64,000 nucleotides of DNA from Antechinus flavipes (lineage: Eukaryota), in NCBI RefSeq assembly GCF_016432865.1, contig NC_067398.1, forward strand, positions 335,730,001-335,794,000, given 5' to 3'. Position numbers and translations under genes: made by a program. Position 1 is the first letter of the stretch. Each line of letters opens with the position of its first letter. Below are positions 49,178-60,299 of this stretch, piece after piece. The notes beneath the pieces are model-generated. The model saw only the letters and a list, made by a program, of their open reading frames with translations. It ran no database searches and was not told where the DNA came from.

Positions 49178-50199
49178 ATGGTGAACTGGACAGCAGAAGA
49201 GAAACAGGCCATTTCTAGCATCTGGGCCAAAATTGACATCGAGGAAGTGGGGGCCGGTGCTCTTAGCAGGTGGGAGAAGAGACTCGGGCTGTTGCCCGGC
49301 TTGGGGCTAAACTGGGTTAGGCTGGGGTCATGAATGCTTTCTCTGCTAACCAAAAAGGTCGGGAGGTAGGGAACTGAGGGGATATTGGCTAAAGGCCTTG
49401 TATGAACTGGCCTGGAAAAACCCTTGGCTGACCATCCTCTCTCTCTCTCTGGTTTCCAGGCTGTTAGTTGTCTATCCCTGGACCCAGAGGTACTTCAGCA
49501 ACTTTGGGAACCTGTCCAGCCCACGAGCCATTGAGGGGAATCCCCGGGTCAGGAATCATGGCAAGAAGGTGCTGACCTCATTTGGGGAGGCTGTGAAGAA
49601 CCTGGACAATGTGAAGCCACCTTTGACAAGCTGAGCGAGCTGCACTCAGACAAGCTGCACGTGGACCCCCAGAACTTCAGGGTGAGTGCCCTTGTACTTC
49701 CCCCAAGTTTGGGGGACAAGCCCTACAGATTCTAAAAATGTGGAAGGTCCTTGGCTGGGCATTTTTGAATTTCTCCAAAGACAGGGAGCTCCCTCCTTCT
49801 CCATAATGGCTTCAAGTATTTAAAAAGAGATCCTCTCTCCTTCCCTTTTCCAACCTCACCTTGTCTCTGAGCTAACAATCCCCCCTCCCTCAGGGACCTC
49901 GAAACAGAGACCCCCTTCTACTCCCTGGGAATGTTGCTTTTCCTAAAATGTTACTACTGACCCAGCTTCAGGTTCCCCTAGGGGCCCAATGCACTTCCCC
50001 AGACTTGCAGCCATTCTCCCACTGTACAGAGACTGCCCAGACCTGATCCTCTGTCCTCTCTTCCTTCCAGCTCCTTGGAGACAACCTGATCATTGTCCTG
50101 GCAGCCACCATGGGCAAGGACTTCACTCCCGAGGCCCAAGCTGCCTGGCAGAAGCTGGTGGGAGTGGTGGCCTCCGCCCTGAGCAGAAAATACCACTGA
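49178..50199 (+). CDS. HBW: omega-globin (beta-like chain in the alpha cluster); 1-bp deletion frameshift in exon 2 as assembled
   Basis: Exons 49178-49269, 49460-49681 (222 nt, expected 223), 50071-50199. [51 protein letters not shown]...[20 protein letters not shown]/[A][63 protein letters not shown]. As written, the frame hits TGA at 49632-49634. AATAAA at 50275. Confidence 0.92.
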
Positions 50200-52689
50200 A
50201 TACCTCCAGGACGTCACTCCTAGAGTTGGGGGTGGGTGGGATATGTGCTACCTCCATACATAGTGATTATGGTTAATAAAATAAAGTTGAATTACTTGAC
50301 AAATTTTTGTCTAGTTGTCTCTTTGGGGGAAGGTAAAAAGATGTTTTTGAGGGTCTAGGATAAAAGGGAACATAGCTGCTTTTTCAAAAGGTTGAATAGG
50401 CTTTTAAACCTCCCCACAAACTTCCCTCTTCCTAATTCTGACCACGGAGTCTGTGTCAATAATTGGACTAGAAGGTCCAGGGGCTAGGTGAGGGACAAGT
50501 AACTTCCAGAATTACAATGCTGGGCAGGGAGACTATGGGAAAATAGTGCAGAACTAATGAGGCCTGGAAGAAAAAAAACTCAAAAAACCAAAAAACCCAA
50601 CTCTGAGGCGGAGCCAGATCCAGATGCTTTCTGCAGCCTATTTATCCCCAAAATCCTATTTCCTAGCTCTACACAGCAGTTAAACAGGAAATCTCCTGAT
50701 ATTCCCCATAATGAAAAAAGGATCAGGTGACAGAAAGGGAGAAAAGTGGCTTTGGATTCTTGAAGTCTTGCAAATTGAGTCACTCAAGTTTGAATTGAGC
50801 AGATCTGTATTTAATCCAGTCCAGCAGAATTAGAAAACGACCATGTTACTAAATTCATTGTTTCCACAAATTGGAGTGATCATTTAGAATAGCTGTTCTC
50901 ATATTGCTGTGAATTAGGACCATTTTATATTTCTAAGCTTTATGAAGATGTTTCTTCTTTTACAAGGTGATTTCTAACCCATAACTATAACAAACGTTAT
51001 TGAATAACTTTTAAATGGTTCTGCCTCAGTTTTCGTGATGTAATAAAAAAAAAAAATACCTGGGGGAAAAAACTCTGATATCCTAATTGGATGCTCTGGA
51101 AAGAAATATGTAATGAGGATGTTTATGGTGCTTATTAAGCACATCCTTAATCTTTCACTTGGAAGCAAGTCCAAAGAATGTTATCCTAATGTTACTTTCT
51201 AAGAGAGGAAGAAAAAAGATTTATTATGGGAAATTCCCAATTAAGACTATGTTGTTGGGGTAGAATGCGAAGAATTTAAGACTTTCATTTTAACTTTGAA
51301 ATTATAAGTTAATGTGACAACTTTAATTTGTTGTTTTTACAAGAATCGTAAGAAATCTTAAGAAAATGGGAGATTTAGAATAACATCTGAAAATCAAGGA
51401 AAATAAAACATTTTTTATATGAAATATCAAATAAACTTTATTTAGTAGTATGAAAATGTCAGTTTCATGGTGCAGTAGGATATAAATGATACAATCCTTG
51501 TTTATCACTGGTGGATTTCTCTTATGAAAAGTTGAGTTGTGAATCTGAAATCTTAATTCTACTACCCTAGTTAGGATATTTTGTACAACTTAAAATTTCA
51601 AGGGATGGAAAGACATTTTAAATACTGTCTTGAATGCTGACAGTTTTAAGTATTTTTCCTGAAAAATCTATTTGAGCATGTATATAGGTCAGGAGAAGTT
51701 TGATTGCCTTAACTCACTCCAGAAAATAAGAAAGTGGATTGAAATTCAGTACAGATGATTTCTTAAAAACCTAGGTGATTAACAGATTGTCAATTTAAAA
51801 AAAAATTTTTATCAATGTGGGAAAATCAAGGACTAAAGCTGATGAACAGTATCTCTTTTGCAGTAGTAGTCTGTAGCACAGAACAACTGGGAATGAAGCT
51901 CTTTAAACTTTTCTTTTGAATGTTTAATAAAAATTAGTTGAATTTAAAAAGAAAACAGAATTAAGGTAACTTTTGGTAAGTTGGGTCATAGGGAGCTTCT
52001 GCCTGATTCCTGGGTTTCCTTACATGGCAAAAAAGAGGAACCTTCCTTTTCTCAAAATTTTTTCATCCTTCAAGGTTGACTTCAAATCTGACCTCCTTCA
52101 GGAAATTTACACTGATTCCTAAAACTTAATTTCTAAAACACTTTAGCATATGCATCCCTCATTTGGCCTTTAGCTAATGCTCCCTCACACTATAGTTTGC
52201 TTCCCTAACAAGACTGAGTTCTAGGGAGGGATGTCTGCTTCATACGAACTGCCCAGTACTATTCACTGCTAGGGATAAAACATATACATGTTGAATAACA
52301 GTACTCTATTCACAGCTCTGGGGACTCCTTTTTAGGCTATATCAGTTCTGTAGAGCATCTTTTGTTCATGGAACAGAGTATCAAAGCTAAGAGTAAACAA
52401 AATATAAAATACCAATGATTATCAAGATATTTGAAGATGAAATACTAGGAGAATGCAGCTAGATTTAACTAGATAAAAAGCTGATCTCTTGAGTCGAATA
52501 AGTTGGATTCAGTTCTAGCATCTGACATACTGTGTAACCCTCAACAAAAGTCATTTAACCTTTCAACGCCTCTAGAAAAATTCTATTAAAAGATTTCATT
52601 GAAGGTGACAGCCAATCTGCCTTGTGAGTAAAAATTTCCTCATTAGGAGGTCCCTTGGATCAATAAAATCACAAGTCATGGTTCTTTTT

Positions 52690-53015
52690 AACAATGAAGT
52701 GATTCAGACCAATTTCAATAGACTTGTGATGAGAGAGCTATCTACACCCAGAGAAATCTCAGTCTATGGGAACTAAGTGTGGATCACAACATAGTATTTT
52801 CACTTTTGTTGTTTGCTTTTTTCTTTCTCATTTCCCCCCTTTTTGATCTGATCTTGTGCAGAATGATAAATAGGAAATATGTTTAGAACAACTGTACATT
52901 TAACCTATATTGGATTACTTGCTGTCTAGAGGAGAGTGAAGGGAAGTAAGAAAAATTTGAAATACAAGGTTTTACAAAGGTGAATGTTGAAAACTATCTT
53001 TTTGCATGTATTTTG
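52690..53015 (+). mobile_element. older L1 3' UTR fragment
   Basis: Recurrent L1 3' UTR motifs (caacaatgaagtgattcagaccaatttcaatagacttgtgatg...). Confidence 0.7.
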
Positions 53016-54179
53016 AAATATTAGAACATAGAATAATATCCAGATGGAAATCTGTAAATTATCTTGTTCAGCCACTCCATTTTACAAAGGAAATAAGCAC
53101 AAGGAGAAATTATTTTAGAGGTCATGTCTAAGACTGGGGTGAAGGAGAAAGTTCTTAGTAACCCTTTTCTTAATAACCCTCCTCCCCAAATTCCCTTTTA
53201 TTTCCCTGCAGGAACTGGAGTGTAAGTTGGGTATAAAAGAGAAAGTATAGGTCAGTGATAGGGGGGAAGAAAGCAGGTCAGGGCCCTTCTTGCTGCTTCT
53301 AAGGGTTGAGATATTTTAGCACTTCACTTGGGATCCCCTCCACCCCCCTACCTTTATAGCCCAACATGAGATGCTGTGCACATATGCAGAGCAGATGACC
53401 CATGAATGAGATGAAAAGTGCACTTCTCACAATAGGAACAAAAAGTTCCTCTCCCTGTTAGGGTCTCTAATACTTTTGAGGCCAAATTATAAAAATGATT
53501 TAAAATGGAATATTTGTGTGTGTGTGTACTGACTTCTGTGTAATATGCTACCGTGTCAAGTGTCAATTTTCATTTAGCAAAGACAACAAGATTGACGTCA
53601 TCAAGGCATTATCTCAGTTATGGATCTAGACTGAACCAGCTATATAATCCATCCCCACTTACCAGCAACAAAGAATAAGTCTTCATAACGTGTAAGCTCC
53701 ATTATCAGTCTGCCAAGAAGAAATGAGTTATTTTATGTACTTTTTGGTATTTATTTATCTCTGTATTCCCCTCTCCTCATTAGAATAAAAGCTCCTTAAA
53801 GGACTATTTCAGTTTTTGATTTTATATCCCTAGTACCTAGCACAATGGCCAGCACATAGAAGGTTCTTAATAAATCCTTGTTGAATTGGAGGGGGAAAAA
53901 AAGCTAAGACATCCCTCATCTTGTTTTCTTATCTCTAAGGACTGGATTACAGCAGTAACAAAATCTAATTAGATGAGTCACATGATTCAGGCAATTTTAT
54001 TTTTTACCATTTGGTGGTAAACAGCAAATTTAATAAGATCTTAAAATTTGTCCTGTGGCAGATTTTATCATTTGAACTTTTGTCTATTGCATGGAAGGCC
54101 ATTCTGATGACAGACATGTCCTTAATACACTTAAGAAACTTAGCATAATAATTCTGAATTTGAAACAATTCTAGAATCA

Positions 54180-55460
54180 GAGGACATTGTTGTGGAATTG
54201 TGAACAGATCCAGCCATTCTTGAGCGCAGTTTGGAACTCTGTCCAAAGAGCTATCAAACTGTACGTACCCTTTGATCCAGCAGTGGCTCTACCTCCGTAT
54301 CTCAAGGAAATCATAAAAATGGGAAAAGGACCCACATGTGCACAAATGTTTGTAGCAGCCCTTTTTGTGGTGGCACGAAACTGGAAACTGAAAGGGTGCT
54401 CATTAGTTGGGGAATGGCTGAATAAATTGCAGTATATGAATGTTATGGAATATTATTGTTCTGTAAGAAATGACCAGCAGGATGAATACAGAGAGGACTG
54501 GCGAGACTTACATGAACTGATGCTAAGTGAAATGAGCAGAACCAGGAGATCATTATACACTTCGACAACGATATTGTATGAGGACATATTTTGATGGAAG
54601 TGGATTTCTTTGACAAAGAGACCTGAGTTTCAATTGATAAATGACGGACAAAAGCAGCTACACCCAAAGAAAGAACACTGGGAAACGAATGTGAACTATC
54701 TGCATTTTTGTTTTTCTTCCCGGGTTATTTTTACCTTCTGAATCCAATTCTCCCTATGCAACAAGAGAACTGTTCGGTTCTGCAAACATATATTGTATCT
54801 AGGATATACTGCAACATAGCCAACATATATAGGACTGCTTGCCATCTAGGGGAGGGGTTGGAGGGAGGGAGGGAAAAAAAAAATCGGAACAGAAACGAGT
54901 GTCAATATAAAGTAATTATTAAATAAAAATTAAAAAAAAAAAAGAAATGACCAACAGATCATTTGAACATAAATACAATATGAATACAGAGAAGGCCTAG
55001 AGAGACTTAGATGAACTGATGCTAAGCAGAAGCAAGAGATCATTGTACACAGCAACAATAAGATTATATGAGGATCAATTCTGGTGGACTTGGCTCTCTT
55101 CAACAATGAGATGATTCAGGCCAGTTCCAATGATCTTGTGATGATGAGAGCCATCTACACCCAGAGAGGACTGTGGGAACTGAATGTGAAGCACCACATA
55201 GTATTTTCACTTTTTTGTTCTTCGCTTATGTTTTTTTTTTCAATTTTTTTTCTTTTTGATCTGATTTCCATTGTGCAGCTTGCTGCATATAATTGTATAA
55301 ATAAGTATGCATATATTGGATTTAATACATATTTTAACATGTTAAACATCTAGGGGATGGAATGGGGGGAAAACTGGAACACAAGGTTTTGCAGGGTCAA
55401 TGTTGAAAAATTATCCATGTATGTTTTGAAAATAAAAAGCTTTAATAAAAAAAGTTAAGT
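54180..55460 (+). mobile_element. older L1 3' fragment with a younger L1 3' end (54481-54941) inserted in register
   Basis: ORF 54187-54594 encodes the L1 ORF2 C-terminus. Poly-A at about 54932-54943. The 16-mer aagaaatgacca(g/a)cag is duplicated at 54465-54480 and 54942-54957. Confidence 0.8.
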
Positions 55461-56605
55461 AAAAAAAAGCTGTCCTAATGGATCATAAGCATCAATAGCT
55501 TCCCAGTTGTCCTTTTCAATGTGCCATGGGTGACCCAATGTAATTCTTCCTTCCCTGCCTCTCAACTGTGTCCTAAAGCCATATTATTACTTTGCTAGCT
55601 CCCTTCTGTATTAAGGTTTATAAAGTACTTGACATACATAATTTCCTTTGCTCTTCAAAATACTATGTTACGTCACCCCATTTTATAGATAATCTGATGA
55701 TTTGGTCAGTTAGTAATGGCTCGATGGAAGTACTTGAATCCAATCAGTGCTTTATCTAGTCTGCTCCCTTGCCTTTACAAAGATGGGTGCAAAGGGAAGA
55801 GGTGCAGAACACAGCTGGGACCACACATGGGAGATGGCACAAAGAGCTTCTAGGGACTCTCCCCAGTCTTGGCTTAACCATTGTTAGCATATCCTGGAGT
55901 CACAGGGCAATGTGTTAAGAGCCGCAGTGATCATCCAGATGTCTTAAAAGAGGCTTGTTTGGTTAATGCAGTCTTATTTCTTTAGACCGTATGTGGTCAC
56001 AGCTGCTATCTCTGGAGGTGGTTAGAGACTCAAACACAGCCACCTGGGTGTTACCACGTGAACAATGATACATGTGCTGATTCAACATGATTATGTACCT
56101 GGCAGATATGATGGAAATATTACAAATTTAACCGTTTACAACTAAACCTCTATCTCCCATGACAATGAAACAACATCTGTCCAGTGTATCCTCATGGCAG
56201 TCTTATCAACTGTGCCGGACTTAGCTCTTTTCAATAATGAAATGATTTAGGTCAATTCCAATAGAGTTGGGATGGAGAGTCATTTGCCTCCAGAGAGCAC
56301 TATGAGGACTGAATGTGGATCACAACATATTTTCACCTTTGTTGTTTTTTGTTTGCTGGGTGTTTTTTGCCCTTTTGATCTGATTTTTCCTGTGCACCAC
56401 GATTAACTGTATTAGAGTAATTTCTTGGGGGAAAGGGAGAGGAAGGGGAGATTGGAGAAAGAAAATTTGGAACACAAGATTTTTCAAGGGTGAATGTTGA
56501 AAACTCTTTGCTTGCATTTTGAAAAATGAAGAGCTATTATTAAAAAAAAAAAAAACTATTTAGAATGAGCAATGACCCTCTGAGCCTCTTAGAATTCTCC
56601 TGTTA

Positions 56606-57711
56606 ATAAACTGGGAAAACATTTTTACAATCAAAGGTTCTGATAAAGGCCTCATTTCCAAAATATATCAAGAATTGACTCTAATTGATAAGAAATCAAA
56701 CCATTCTCCAATTGATAAATGATCGAAGGATATGAACAGACAATTCTCAGATGAAGAAATTGAAACTATTTATAGACATATGAAAATATGCTCCAAATCA
56801 TTATTAATCAGAGAAATGCAAATTAAGACAACTCTGAGATACCACTACACACCTGTCAGATTGACTAGAATGACAGCGAAAGACAGTGCAGAATGTTGGA
56901 GGGGATGTGGGAAAACAGGGACACTGATACATTGTTGGTGGAGTTGTGAACACATCCAGCCATTCTGGAGAGCAATTTGGAACTATGCTCAAAAAGTTAT
57001 CAAACTGTGCATACCCTTTGATCCAGCAGTGTTTCTATTGGGCTTATATTCTAAAGAGATACTAAAGAAGGGAAAGGACGTGTATGTGCCAAAATGTTTG
57101 TGGCAGCCCTCTTTGTAGTGGCTAGAAACTGGAAAATGAAAGGATGTCCATCAATTGGAGAATGGCCGAGTAAGTTACAGTATATGAATGTATGGAATAT
57201 TATTGTTCTGTAAGAAATGACCAGCAGGATGAATACAGAGAGGACTGGCGAGACTTATATGAACTGATGCTGAGTGAAATGAGCAGAACCAGGAGATCAT
57301 TATATACCTCAACAACGATACTGTTTGAGGATGTATTCTGATGGAAGTGGATCTCTTCGATAAAGAGAGCTAATTCAGTTCCAATTGATCAAAGATGGGC
57401 AGAAGCAGCTACACCCAAAGAAAGAAAACTGGGAGATGAATATAAACTGCTTGCATTTTTGTTTTCTTCCCGGATTATTTACCCTTCTGAATTCAATTCT
57501 CCCTGTGCAACAAGAAAACTGTTCGGCTCTGCAAATGTATATTGTATCCAGGATATACTGTAACCTATTCAACATGTAAAGGACTGCTTGCCATCTGGGG
57601 GAGGCGTGGAGGTAGGGAGGGGAAAAATCGGAACAGAAGTGAATGCAAGGGATAATGTTGTAAAAAATTACCCTGGCATGAGTTCTATCAATAAAAAGTT
57701 ATTAAAAAAAA
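56606..57711 (+). mobile_element. young 5'-truncated L1 with perfect TSD
   Basis: ORF 56732-57118 encodes the L1 ORF2 cysteine-rich C-terminus (CWRGCGKTGTLIHCWWSC). Poly-A tail. 15-bp TSD agaattctcctgtta at 56591-56605 and 57712-57726; TT/AGAA endonuclease-type site. Confidence 0.93.
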
Positions 57712-60299
57712 AGAATTCTCCTGTTACTGGAATATTATAGGTATGTAAATGATGCTCACAAACTTTTATTCAAGTCTGACCAAAAAAAAATTAGAACCCA
57801 AACATTTTTGGAACTGGCTGACCAGAAGGTCTAGAATCAACCTCTGTATTTAGATATGTATCAGAAATTTTGAGGGTAGACCACTTCATAATGAGAAATC
57901 TTTTATCATGGTTGCTTGAAAGGGACAGAAACCTTTAGAACTTGTTCCTGGACTTGGGAAGATTCTTCTGATCCATTGTCCTCATTTAACTCAAACATGT
58001 ATTGGATGAAGTATAGTATTCAGCTGTGAAAATAATCCTTTTTTTCCACTATCTTAATTTGGTGGAAGGAATGGCTTAATCAAGATGTATGTGTTTAGTG
58101 GAGAGTTGAGCTTACAGTCTAGTAGTAGGAATATATAACATACAAATAAATACACAAAACTGAATGTGATCAGCAATTACACCAAGTTCTACAGTGGTTC
58201 AGAAATGAGCAAGATGATACTCATTAACAGTGTCAGCAAAAAAAAAAAAGCAAAAATATGGTTTAAAGGTAAAGAGTGCTTTTAAATTCATGGGAAAATC
58301 AAGACAAGTTAGCTTTGTACAAGTGTTAAGAGAAAATTGCTTTTCTGGACCTCATTCTGACCAGCAAAGGACTAATTGCTTCAGTAAAATGATTATTGGA
58401 AGACTATACATTGTAGACTCTGTGCTACATAAGACAACCGGGCTTACTCTTACTTCTTTGGGGAGTTTCACTTTCCTTTTCTATAAAATAAGGGGTGTAA
58501 AAGGAGGAGTTGGAAGGGATAGGAAGGAGCTACACACAAAAATGTTTAGTAGATTAGGTTAAAAAAGTAACCATGATCTCAGATAAAATTAGAGCTAAAA
58601 TAGATTTAATCGAGAGAAAAATAGGAGAATTACACTTCAGCTACATTAATCAATGTTTTAGACTATTTAAAACAATTAGTACAAGAGTGGAATATTATTG
58701 TAGTGTGAGCAAAGATGAGTTGGTGGATTTAGAAAAATATGGAAAGCCTTGGACTTATGAAGGTATCATCTACCTTTGGAGAAACAAGCATAGCAGTCTT
58801 ACCCAAAAGCATAAGAATGAATGTATACAGAATACATGTCATAATTAGACATTTTGTGAATATATATACACATATATATGTATATACATACACAAATATA
58901 ATCTATTCAAACAATTGTAGCCTTCTTGGGAGAAAGCAAAGGGAAGAGGAAGGAGGGTGTAGAGAAAAGAGAGAATAAAGAAGTGCTCAGTATAAAACAA
59001 AAGAAAACCTACAAAGCAGCAAAGATGAACAATTCTGAACAATGTGCATTTTTTATTATATAGGCTTTCTTGAAATGAAATTTATTGCTTTATATAATTT
59101 ATATTTTAATTCATGTTCTGCTATGCACATAACAATGTTTTTTTTTCTATTTCATATTTTTTAGTTAAATAAATTTTTTAAAAAGTGAACTGCCAACTTC
59201 AATATCAATAGTGTGTGATATAACAGAAGTGAGTGTGAGCTTAGGGTCTACTGAGGCAGTATCCAGAACAAAGGCAGTAGTTACATGATTTTGTTGTGGT
59301 CACCCCAAACTGGAGGACTGTGATCAATTCTAGGGACTGATATTTCAGAAAAGACATTAGTAAGCCCTAGTAGTCCTACAGGATAATCAGGATGGATGTC
59401 AAATTTTCTATACACACTGGCAAGAACCTTCATCATCAGAAAATAGGATAGAAACATGACCAAACTTTCCTATTTCCTTGGGAAGGAAAGAAAATAAATA
59501 TATATATAGCACCTACTATGTGATAGTAGGCACTGTGCTAAGTACTTTACACATATCTCGTTTGATACAACAATCTGGAGAGATAGGTGCCATTATCATC
59601 CCAATTTTGCAGTTGAGAAAACTGAAGCAAAGACTTACTTATCCAGGGTCACACAGCAGTAAAGCATCTGAGGTTTGATTTTCCTGACTCCAGGAATGAT
59701 GCCCTACTGTTCCACTTTTATTTCCTGGGCATCAGCATCATATTTAAAATGAGCTTGCACAACTCCCCACCAAACCCAACCTGATTCCTCTAACATTATA
59801 AACTGGACATCAAAGTACCTATTTAAGGCTGTAAAAGACTGTTAAATAACATCTAATCTAAGCCTTTCTTTTATAGAGAAGAAAACTGAACTGCTGACAG
59901 AAAAACATGTCCAGGGTCATATAAGATCCAAACCAAGGTATAAACCTATGCCTTTCCACTTTGTTCTTGTATCTGGAATTGGAAAAGCTAGGCCTGATTC
60001 TCTATTTTATCACTTACAAGGTTTTAGGGCCTTAAGCAAAAAGCTTCATTTCTCTCTAAATGTTATTTTTTTCATTATGTGAATAAAGAGAATACTAAAT
60101 ACTCATGAAAATAATGAATACTCATTATGTGGATGTAAGGAAAAGACGCTTTAAATGATAAAAATAAGTTACAACATATCTTACTTGTGGAATTATTTTT
60201 CATTTTGCATAGATTATTTGAGTGTGCTCCTAAAAGAGGGTAAATTTATTGAGGGAAGAGACTGTACCTGATCATTCTTTATATACTCCCACCTAGTCC

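Noticed and set aside
53593-53600. Perfect CRE palindrome TGACGTCA, and TATAAAA at about 53232
   Set aside because: These are isolated short motifs with no associated gene structure, at about chance frequency in 64 kb.
59281-59463. 60-aa minus-strand ORF in unique-looking sequence
   Set aside because: It has no resemblance to globins or to the RS-rich LUC7L C-terminus and is short enough to occur by chance.
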